Shown piece by piece: positions 24,476-32,000 of a stretch of DNA of 32,000 nt. A program made the translations under genes and the position numbers. The notes under the pieces are model-generated. The model was not told where the DNA came from. It saw only the letters and a program-made list of their open reading frames with translations, and did not search any database. The DNA is from Sedimentisphaera cyanobacteriorum (GTDB lineage Bacteria > Planctomycetota > Phycisphaerae > Sedimentisphaerales > Sedimentisphaeraceae), in contig NZ_CP019633.1 in NCBI RefSeq assembly GCF_001997385.1, forward strand, positions 2,640,001 to 2,672,000, in the 5' to 3' direction. Position 1 is the first letter of the stretch. Each line of letters opens with the position of its first letter.

Positions 24476-27124
24476 ATGAAAAAATTAGCGTGTTTTTTAG
24501 TATTTTTTGCCTTTACTTCATTATCGCAGGCGGCTTTGGTTCCCAATGATGATTTTTCAGCCCGGCGTGATTACTGGAATTTCAGCACAAACGCTTGGGT
24601 TGAAAATGCTAACCATCCAGAAAATTCCGCGATGCTTTGCGGACGCCTGGAAAACGGCGGCGGCATGGGAGCTCAGGACATCCGAAGCGATCTGTTTGCG
24701 GTTCCGCCAGTATCGGATTTCAGCTTAAATTTCAACTCCGGCATTTGGCAGCAAACTACCTCAGAGCTTCATCCTGTTTTTCAGGTGAGGTTTTACGGAT
24801 CCAAAAACCATGGAGATATGATTGGCGAGGTGAAGTTTGATGTCCAGAAAAAGAGTAATGATTGGTGGGGAATACTCACCCAAAACAGCGGTGAATTTGA
24901 GGCTCCTTCTGGAACAAAGTATATGGATGTTGTTTTCTCTGCTGGTTTACATAACCCGTGGGAAGGCGGCGCGCGTATCGGAAATGTTAAGCTCAAAGCT
25001 AAAGGCAAACTTAACCCATCCGAAGGAGCGTTACCCATTTATTTTGACCTCAGCGACCCTGGAGTTACCAAACGCCTTGATTATTGGGGCATGGATCAGA
25101 CTTGGATAGACGGGTGGAATATGGAAGAGGCAATTGCTCAAATCGGCCAAGATGATTTCGATGTTGTCCGCATTAATTTTCTGGCCGTTGAGCCGCTGAA
25201 TTATGATGCAGCAGGCGAGCCGCTTCTAACTCAAACAATGAAAGATTTTGTTGACAGAGCGATGGATCAGGCACTGCGAGCCCCAGGGGCTAATTTGGGA
25301 ATGCACCTGACGGCGAAATCTGATTTACACGCTTGGTATGTCGGCTCCGACGGTTTGCTTATTCCGGAACGCACCGTCGATGGTGCAGTGGCAATGATAA
25401 ATTATATTGGAGACAATTACGGATACTCCATAGACCGCTGGGATTTTGTAGAGGTTATTAACGAGCCGGATTGGGAGTATCCCTGCAGCAGCCCTCAGAA
25501 TATGGCAGATGTAATGGCGGAGTTTCGAAGCCGCCCTGAGCTTGACAGCGTGCCATTGCTCGGACCTTCCACATTATCCTCGGATTCAGCTTACAATTGG
25601 TACGCAGCAACCCAGGGCTATACCGACATTGGCGGGACGCACGTTATAAACGGCTCTGTTGAATCCTTTAAAGGTTTCATTGAGTGGGTACATAATGACG
25701 GCAAACCTTTTGTTAATCCTGAAGTGCACAGTTTTGCGGAAATTTTGATTCAGGCCGATTTAAGCGGAGACAGGCCTGGCGAAGGCGGTGTTTTCTGGGA
25801 CAATGTCGTTCCTGCGGCAGGCAGATTTATTCAGGCCTGTAAAGGCAAGAGGATTGCTTATCAGATGGACGCTGTAACATGGAGCGGAACAAGTGTTTAC
25901 CGTGATCCCCAAAACAGGGTATGGCTGTTTGCCGGCTCCTCTGAGAGAAATGCTCAAAATTCAAAATGGGAGTTTATAAGCACGACCCGAGACGTTTTTA
26001 TAAATGATTTCGGCCCAGCTGTACGAAAAACAATTACTATGGGCTCCCATGCCCACTGGCATGCAGAGCTTACTTGGGGCGACCGCAATCCTCCTTATTA
26101 CTCTCAGTATGTTGATAATAGCGCAGAGACCGCCAGGATGGCTGTAATTGACGGCAAGCTCAACACAACTTCAACAAATGATACTGGAGCTTTCACACAA
26201 TGGAAATTCCGTCCCGCAGGGGCATTTTATTACATTGATAATATTGGCGCTAGAGATGCTGGAGAAAGGTCTCGTTTAAGCGCATCAGAAATCCGCCGTG
26301 ATGTTGGTCTCGTTCGGGATAATCAGAATGATAATTTTGTGAAATGGCAGTTGATTCAAATTGATGAAAGCTTTTTCCTGGAAAATGTGGGTATGCAGAG
26401 AGCAGGGCTCAAAAGCAGACTGAAAATAGAATCGGGCTCTGCAACTCTTACAGAGTCTTCCGATCAAGCCTCCAAAGCTCAATGGAATTTCTCAGATACC
26501 GGTTCCGGCTATTCAAACCTCATAATAAACGGCGATTTTGAAGACGGCTGGACATGCTGGCAGGGTGAGGGAGACAATGGCGGGCAAGCGAGTCTCATTG
26601 AAGATGGAGACAGCCATTTTATGTACATTGAAACCCAGACCGAGGGAAATGCTCAGCTCGAGAGCCCATTAGTCAAAGTTCTTTCAGGAGCAAACCTGAG
26701 GTATAGTTTTAACTCTGGCATCTGGCAGGAGACATCTGAGGGGAATTCCCCACTGCTGCAGATTATGTTTTATAATGATCTGGGTTCAGCAGATGGAGGC
26801 TGGCTTGGTCAGGAATGGATAGATATACAGAAAACTCAAGGAGACTGGGCAGATGTTTCTGCTTTGAACGAGGGCACGATCCATCCGCCGGATGGTACAG
26901 ACTATGTGCAGCTTCGTTTCCGCGGAGGATGGCCTAACGATTGGAAAGGCGGTTTCAGGATTGATAACGTTTCGCTTAAGCCTTTCTATAACCCGGCAGA
27001 CTTCAGCAAAGACGGCAGCGTGAACTTGTTCGACCTCTCTCTTATCGCTCAAGAATGGCAGACCATTTATGACACCTCTGACTTGCGCATTCTTGCTGAG
27101 AATTGGTTAAACGCAAACGATTAG
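24476..27124 (+). CDS. Secreted modular putative glycanase: CBM4/9-like module, clan GH-A-like TIM-barrel region, beta-trefoil, second CBM4/9-like module, dockerin-like tail
   Basis: Start at the ATG at 24476 (MKKLACFLVFFAFTSLSQA signal peptide, AGGAG 9 nt upstream). The central region has FVEVINEPDW (an NEP acid/base-like motif) and FVNPEVHSF. QxW-like repeats TQWKF, VKWQL and AQWNF. N- and C-terminal modules are paralogous (FNSGIWQQT / FNSGIWQET). The exact family is not assignable by eye. Confidence 0.85.
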   Translation: MKKLACFLVFFAFTSLSQAALVPNDDFSARRDYWNFSTNAWVENANHPENSAMLCGRLENGGGMGAQDIRSDLFAVPPVSDFSLNFNSGIWQQTTSELHPVFQVRFYGSKNHGDMIGEVKFDVQKKSNDWWGILTQNSGEFEAPSGTKYMDVVFSAGLHNPWEGGARIGNVKLKAKGKLNPSEGALPIYFDLSDPGVTKRLDYWGMDQTWIDGWNMEEAIAQIGQDDFDVVRINFLAVEPLNYDAAGEPLLTQTMKDFVDRAMDQALRAPGANLGMHLTAKSDLHAWYVGSDGLLIPERTVDGAVAMINYIGDNYGYSIDRWDFVEVINEPDWEYPCSSPQNMADVMAEFRSRPELDSVPLLGPSTLSSDSAYNWYAATQGYTDIGGTHVINGSVESFKGFIEWVHNDGKPFVNPEVHSFAEILIQADLSGDRPGEGGVFWDNVVPAAGRFIQACKGKRIAYQMDAVTWSGTSVYRDPQNRVWLFAGSSERNAQNSKWEFISTTRDVFINDFGPAVRKTITMGSHAHWHAELTWGDRNPPYYSQYVDNSAETARMAVIDGKLNTTSTNDTGAFTQWKFRPAGAFYYIDNIGARDAGERSRLSASEIRRDVGLVRDNQNDNFVKWQLIQIDESFFLENVGMQRAGLKSRLKIESGSATLTESSDQASKAQWNFSDTGSGYSNLIINGDFEDGWTCWQGEGDNGGQASLIEDGDSHFMYIETQTEGNAQLESPLVKVLSGANLRYSFNSGIWQETSEGNSPLLQIMFYNDLGSADGGWLGQEWIDIQKTQGDWADVSALNEGTIHPPDGTDYVQLRFRGGWPNDWKGGFRIDNVSLKPFYNPADFSKDGSVNLFDLSLIAQEWQTIYDTSDLRILAENWLNAND

Positions 27125-27212
27125 CCCTTGTTAAGTTGCAATTGAAGAAGCAGGTTGTTTTATAATGCTAATCTGAAAAAATAATTCTAAATACAAAAAG
27201 TGATAGTATCAA

Positions 27213-29501
27213 ATGAATGTAATAAAATTTAAAGTGAATTTATCTTTGGCTGCTGGTTTATTGCTCTGTTCTTTGGCGGCAGGGCAGCAGTATCACGTCT
27301 CTAAAGACGGCAGTGATAACAATGACGGATTTTTAAATGCCCCTTTTAAAACAATTAGCGCAGCTGCTAAGATTGCTCAGCCCGGGGATGTGATAACTGT
27401 TCACGAAGGAGTTTATCGTGAGCGAATCAATCCCCCGCGCGGAGGTGAATCAAATAAGAGACGTATTGTGTATCAGGCAGCCGCAGGCGATGATGTTGTG
27501 ATTAAAGGGTCAGAGCGGGTTACTGGCTGGGAAAAGGTGCAGAACGACACATGGAAGATAACCATGCCCAACAGTTTTTTTGGTGAATTCAATCCTTATG
27601 ATGATTTGATTTCAGGAGACTGGTTTGATCCGAGAGGACGGGAACACCATACCGGTGCGGTGTATCTTAACGGCCACTGGCTAACCGAAGCTTCTGAGAA
27701 ATCTCAAGTTTTGCAGCCTGTGAATAAACAGCCAATCTGGGCATACAGACAACCCTCTTCTTATCTGCTGAATGTGAACTGGATTAAGCCCGGCCAGTCC
27801 AAACGCATTCCTGCCGCCAATTTTTCCTCCCAGCATGGGGTTAGAAAGGAGCCTGCATCTAAGGGAGGCCAGTGCATTGCTTATATACAGCATGGCGACT
27901 GGGCGCGGTATGATAACATTAATTTTGGCGAGAATGCCGGACAGATCACATTCGGTGCAGCTTCAGACACTAACGGCGGCCGTATAGAAGTTCGTCTGGA
28001 TTCGCCGGAAGGAAAGCTTTTGGGTACGGCTGATATACCAAATACCGCTGGATGGCAGTCTTGGGACAGCTTTACCGCCCGGATTAAGCCCATAAGCGGA
28101 AATCAGAACATCTGCTTAGTTTTCCTAAGCAGCGGCTCAAAGCCTGTTAAGAACCCTCTATGGAGCCCCGAAATAAGCCCTTCTAATTCAGGTTTATGGT
28201 ATGCCGAAGTGAACGATTCCCAAACAACGATATGGGCACAGTTCAAGGATGCCAATCCCAACAGGGAGCAGGTTGAGATCAATGTACGCCAGACGGTATT
28301 CTATCCTGAAAAGCCCGGGAGGGATTATATTACTGTTCGAGGCTTCAAATTGATGCACGCTGCCACCCCTTGGGCACCTCCGACGGCCGAACAAATCGGG
28401 CTTATAGGAACTCATTGGAGCAGGGGCTGGATAATCGAGAATAATCAAATCAGCTACTCAGCATGTACAGGCGTTACCCTTGGCAAGTACGGCGATGAGT
28501 TTGACAACACATCTCAGGATACGGCTGTGGGTTATGTTCAAACAATTAAACGTGCAGGAAACAATGGATGGGCGAAAGATAATATCGGCAGCCACATCGT
28601 CCGCAATAATACCATTTCACACTGCGAGCAGGCGGGGCTGGTTGGAAGTCTTGGTGCTATTTTCAGCACGATCACGGATAATGAAATTCATGATATTCAT
28701 ATCCGGCAGCTCTTTTCCGGGGCTGAAATGGCAGGCATCAAACTGCACGCCCCAATTGACTGTTTGATCGCCAATAATCATATTTACCGTACCGCCAGAG
28801 GGATGTGGCTGGACTGGATGACTCAGGGGACGCGGGTAACTCGTAATTTATTCCATGATAATGATGTCTATGAGGATTTGTTCGTTGAGGTTAATCACGG
28901 ACCTTTTGTTGTCGACAATAATATTCTCCTTTCCCGCAGGGCATTTTATGATAATTCTCAGGGCGGGACATACGTCCATAATTTGTTTGCGGGAGATATT
29001 TTCAGAAGTGCTGAGTTCAACCGAGAAACGCCTTATCATAAGCCTCATTCCACGGAAATTGCAGGCCTTAGCAATATCAAAAACGGAGATAATCGTTTCT
29101 ACAACAACATTTTCATTGGCGGTGAGGGACTTGCATCTTACGACAAGGCAATACTGCCTGTGTATATGGACGGGAACGTCTTCCTGAATGGGGCTGAAGC
29201 TTCTGAGGACGAGGAAACCCCGATCTTTTTGCCGGGATTCGACCCTGAGTTAAAGCTTTCTGAAAATGGTTGTAATATAGAGCTGACGTTCCCAGAGTCT
29301 GTGGTATCAGCAGATACCAAACTGATTACGACAGAAATGCTTGGCAGAACTGAAATCTCCGATTTGCCATATTTGGATTACGAAGGCTCGTACCTAAAAG
29401 TTGACACCGATTATTTAAATGTTGAAAGAAGCAAAAGCAACCCAACCCCAGGGCCTTTTGAAGAAATTAAAGAGGGCGCTGTGAGCTTTAAAGTTCGATA
29501 A
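27213..29501 (+). CDS. Secreted right-handed parallel beta-helix protein (pectate-lyase-fold glycanase/lyase-like) with an inserted CBM6-like module
   Basis: Signal peptide. DUF1565-like N-terminus YHVSKDGSDNNDG...PFKTISAAAKIAQPGDVITVHEGVYRE. Repeated beta-helix coils (NNQISYS, NNTISHCEQAGLVG, DNEIHDIH, ANNHIYRT, NLFHDND, DNNILLS, YNNIFIGG). CBM6-like insert about 27765-28130 (GDWARYDNINFG...GRIEVRLDSPEGKLLGTADIPNTAGWQSWDSF). Confidence 0.85.
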   Translation: MNVIKFKVNLSLAAGLLLCSLAAGQQYHVSKDGSDNNDGFLNAPFKTISAAAKIAQPGDVITVHEGVYRERINPPRGGESNKRRIVYQAAAGDDVVIKGSERVTGWEKVQNDTWKITMPNSFFGEFNPYDDLISGDWFDPRGREHHTGAVYLNGHWLTEASEKSQVLQPVNKQPIWAYRQPSSYLLNVNWIKPGQSKRIPAANFSSQHGVRKEPASKGGQCIAYIQHGDWARYDNINFGENAGQITFGAASDTNGGRIEVRLDSPEGKLLGTADIPNTAGWQSWDSFTARIKPISGNQNICLVFLSSGSKPVKNPLWSPEISPSNSGLWYAEVNDSQTTIWAQFKDANPNREQVEINVRQTVFYPEKPGRDYITVRGFKLMHAATPWAPPTAEQIGLIGTHWSRGWIIENNQISYSACTGVTLGKYGDEFDNTSQDTAVGYVQTIKRAGNNGWAKDNIGSHIVRNNTISHCEQAGLVGSLGAIFSTITDNEIHDIHIRQLFSGAEMAGIKLHAPIDCLIANNHIYRTARGMWLDWMTQGTRVTRNLFHDNDVYEDLFVEVNHGPFVVDNNILLSRRAFYDNSQGGTYVHNLFAGDIFRSAEFNRETPYHKPHSTEIAGLSNIKNGDNRFYNNIFIGGEGLASYDKAILPVYMDGNVFLNGAEASEDEETPIFLPGFDPELKLSENGCNIELTFPESVVSADTKLITTEMLGRTEISDLPYLDYEGSYLKVDTDYLNVERSKSNPTPGPFEEIKEGAVSFKVR

Positions 29502-29577
29502 TAAAAAACCTCTTCGGCCGCTGCCGGCAAATTATGAAGATATTGTAAGTTCAATCAAGCAAAGAGGAAATATACGT

Positions 29578-30846
29578 ATGTCAAAAGAGCCTTTGAATTC
29601 TCGAGAGCGTCTTCAGAAAACATTGAATCACGAATCGGTCGATCAGTTATGTATAGACTTTGGAGCTACAGCCGTAACGGGCATCGCAGTTAGCACTTTA
29701 TCAAAATTGCGTCAGACCGTGCTTGGTGAAAAGGATTATCGCGTCAAAGTTATCGAGCCTTACCAGATGCTTGGTGAGCTGGACAGTAAACTAATGGAGG
29801 CGTTGGGAATTGATGTTATGGGTGTCTTCGGGCCAAAAAATATGTTTGGCTTTGAAAATAAGGACTGGAAGCCGTTTACGCTTTTTGACGGTACAGAAGT
29901 ACTCGTGCCGGGTAATTTTAATGTAACCCCGGATGGAGAGGGAGGCTTATTCCAGCACCCGCAAGGTGATACATCGGTACCGCCCAGCGGTCATATGCCC
30001 AAGGACGGGTTTTACTTTGACGCAATTTGTCGGCAAGAGCCGATAGACGAAGAAAAACTTAATCCGGCAGATAACTGCGTAGAGTTCAGTGTACTCTCGG
30101 AAAGTGAGATAGAGCATTACAAGAAGGAAGCCAAAGCTGCTGCAGAAAGTGGAAAAGGAGCGGTCCTTACAGCTCCGGCTGCGCCGTTTGGAGATATTGC
30201 TATGATTCCGGCTGTGGGAGTGAAACATACTCCCGGCATTAGGGATGTCGAAGAGTGGTATGTCTCAACTGTTGCTCGGCGGGATTATGTCTATGCAGTT
30301 TTTGAAAAACAATGCGAGATAGCTCTCGAAAATCTTGGTCTTCTTGCAGAAGCTCTCGGAGACGATGTACTGGCGGTTTTTACCACCGGAACTGATTTCG
30401 GAATGCAGACAGGGCTGTTCATTTCGCCGCAGGCTTACCGTGATTTGTATAAGCCGTTTCATAAAGCGATTAATGATTTTATACATCAAAATACTTCATG
30501 GAAGGTGTTTATTCATTCCTGCGGAGCTGTAAAGCAATTGATTCCGGAGTTCATAGATGCTGGGTTTGATATTCTTAATCCGGTACAGTGCTCGGCTGCA
30601 GGGATGGATCCGCAGGAGTTGGCTGATCGTTTCGGGCAGAATATTACTTTTTGGGGCGGATTAGTTGATACTCAGAACACGCTGCCCTTCGGGACACCTG
30701 AAGAAGTTTACAGAGAAGTTTCTGAAAGGGCTGAGATTTTTCAGCAAAAAAATGGCTTCGTAGCCACCTCGATTCACAATATACAAAGCAATGTTCCAAT
30801 TGATAATATCATTGCAATGTTCAAGGCGCTTGGAAGAGATTTTTAA
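29578..30846 (+). CDS. Uroporphyrinogen decarboxylase (URO-D) / MtaA-like methyltransferase superfamily protein
   Basis: Collinear with the URO-D fold. N-terminal RERLQKTLNHESVDQLCIDFG, C-terminal half FISPQAYRDLYKPF...FIHSCGAVKQLIPEFIDAGFDILNPVQ...ITFWGGLVDTQNTLPFGTPEEVYREV...HNIQSNVPIDNIIAMFKA. AGAGGA lies about 10 nt upstream. Confidence 0.8.
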   Translation: MSKEPLNSRERLQKTLNHESVDQLCIDFGATAVTGIAVSTLSKLRQTVLGEKDYRVKVIEPYQMLGELDSKLMEALGIDVMGVFGPKNMFGFENKDWKPFTLFDGTEVLVPGNFNVTPDGEGGLFQHPQGDTSVPPSGHMPKDGFYFDAICRQEPIDEEKLNPADNCVEFSVLSESEIEHYKKEAKAAAESGKGAVLTAPAAPFGDIAMIPAVGVKHTPGIRDVEEWYVSTVARRDYVYAVFEKQCEIALENLGLLAEALGDDVLAVFTTGTDFGMQTGLFISPQAYRDLYKPFHKAINDFIHQNTSWKVFIHSCGAVKQLIPEFIDAGFDILNPVQCSAAGMDPQELADRFGQNITFWGGLVDTQNTLPFGTPEEVYREVSERAEIFQQKNGFVATSIHNIQSNVPIDNIIAMFKALGRDF

Positions 30847-30876
30847 CGATTATAATAATTCAATCTAAGGTTTTAG

Positions 30877-32000
30877 ATGGCTGAACATAAAATAAATACT
30901 GATAATCAGCACACTGAAATTTCACAAGGTAGTTTGAGTTATGCAGCTGTTGTTGCGGCAGCAGCTGCGCTTGGCGGTTTACTGTTCGGCTATGATACAG
31001 CGGTAATTTCCGGGGCGATAGGTTTTCTGCGCAGCCATTTTGAACTGAATTCTATGATGACCGGCTGGGCAGCCTCCGCCGCCCTTGTTGGATGTATTTT
31101 CGGGGCAATGTTTGCAGGCACGCTTAGCGACCGTTTTGGCCGAAAGCGTATTATGATGCTTGCGGGAGGAATGTTTTTTATCTCTGCTGTTTGGTCGGCT
31201 ATTCCTTATCAATTATTTGATTTTATTATAGCGAGGGTTGTAGGTGGATTAGGTGTAGGGGCGGCCTCAATGCTTTCGCCTTTATATATAGCTGAAATAT
31301 CTCCTGCCAAGATGAGAGGTCGTCTGGTTTCTTTGAACCAGTTTGCCATTGTAGGTGGAATGCTGGTTGTCTATTTTGTAAACACTATGATTGCTCGTCA
31401 GGGCGGTGAAATGTGGAATGTGCAGTACGGCTGGAGATGGATGTTCGGCTCGGAAGCGGTGCCGGCAATACTGTTTTTTGGTTTGCTTTTTCTTGTTCCG
31501 GAAAGTCCGAGATGGCTAACAGAAGCAGGCAAAGAAAAACAGGCGAGGAATATCCTCACAAGGGTGGGAGGCAGTGAGCATGCTAAACTCGAGCTGAAAG
31601 AAATAAAGGATACCATCGCAATGGAGAGCGGCTCGATTTGGGATCTGTTCAAACCCGGGATAAGGATGGCTTTGATTATCGGCGCAGGACTCGCCATCCT
31701 CCAGCAAATCACAGGAATAAATATAGTTCTATACTATGCTCCGGAAATCTTCAAAAATGCAGGATTGACAGCGCAATCGGCTCTTTCAGATACCGTTATT
31801 GTTGGAATTGTCAATTTAACCTTTACTGTTGTTGCGATTGCTGTAGTGGATAAGCTTGGCAGGAAGCCTTTGTTATTGGCGGCCAGTGCTGGAATGGGGG
31901 TAAGTTTGTTACTACTCGGCAGGGCAATTCGTCTTGAACAGTTTGAAGGGCCATGGGTTCTGCTTTTTGTTCTGACCTACGTTGCTTCATTCGCTGTAGC
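30877..32000 (+). CDS. MFS sugar porter (XylE/GalP-like sugar:H+ symporter), 3' end beyond the window
   Basis: Absent from the ORF track because no stop is reached. My hand translation of frame 1 from the ATG at 30877 is open to the window end. Motifs: LFGYDTAVISGA, LSDRFGRKRIMM, RGRLVSLNQFAIVGG, PESPRWL, ILQQITGINIVLYYAPEIF and DKLGRKPLLL. AAGG lies 6 nt upstream. Starts 30 nt after the URO-D-like gene. Confidence 0.9.
   Translation, partial: MAEHKINTDNQHTEISQGSLSYAAVVAAAAALGGLLFGYDTAVISGAIGFLRSHFELNSMMTGWAASAALVGCIFGAMFAGTLSDRFGRKRIMMLAGGMFFISAVWSAIPYQLFDFIIARVVGGLGVGAASMLSPLYIAEISPAKMRGRLVSLNQFAIVGGMLVVYFVNTMIARQGGEMWNVQYGWRWMFGSEAVPAILFFGLLFLVPESPRWLTEAGKEKQARNILTRVGGSEHAKLELKEIKDTIAMESGSIWDLFKPGIRMALIIGAGLAILQQITGINIVLYYAPEIFKNAGLTAQSALSDTVIVGIVNLTFTVVAIAVVDKLGRKPLLLAASAGMGVSLLLLGRAIRLEQFEGPWVLLFVLTYVASFAV

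Noticed and set aside
1-32000. A scan for CRISPR arrays, rRNA, complete tRNAs, known riboswitches and recognisable defence or toxin-antitoxin modules.
   Set aside because: I saw no regularly spaced direct repeats, no rRNA-like segments and no conserved riboswitch cores. No nuclease, methylase or toxin motifs appeared in any well-supported ORF.

Overview
This 32-kb window looks like it comes from an anaerobic, glycan-degrading bacterium. The gene content resembles the PVC superphylum (Phycisphaerae, Kiritimatiellota or Lentisphaerae), but that is inference only and no search was run. All family calls rest on motifs read by eye.

The left half (1-16.3 kb) is mostly housekeeping. It holds the 3' part of ppdK, a phosphomannomutase/phosphoglucomutase, pyrK-pyrD (class 1B dihydroorotate dehydrogenase), an AI-2E family transporter, der, nadB, an orphan lipoprotein and a type-A RNase P RNA (rnpB). 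Three accessory items interrupt it:
- a 958-aa secreted multidomain glycanase (GH128-like core, beta-trefoil, two duplicated CBM-like modules, dockerin-like segment, LamG)
- an 83-aa secreted Cys-rich protein
- an apparently intact IS30-family element (about 9213-10507) with 22-bp terminal inverted repeats and an unusually long, hairpin-rich 5' leader

The right half (16.4-32 kb) is one co-directional glycan-utilisation cluster. In order it encodes a Tat-signal Cys-type sulfatase, GH2 with a CBM6-like tail, a 775-bp gap, GH3 with a PA14 insert, a clan-GH-A-like protein bracketed by two copies of a CBM4/9-like module, a beta-helix protein with an inserted CBM6-like module, a URO-D/MtaA-superfamily protein, and an MFS sugar porter. 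The sugar porter runs off the window and is absent from the ORF track. No regulator, TonB/SusCD pair, sulfatase maturase or corrinoid protein is visible.

I found no CRISPR array, complete tRNA or rRNA. The best candidates for follow-up are the IS30 leader, the Cys-rich small protein, the URO-D-like gene inside the glycan cluster, and the uncharacterised modular glycanases.
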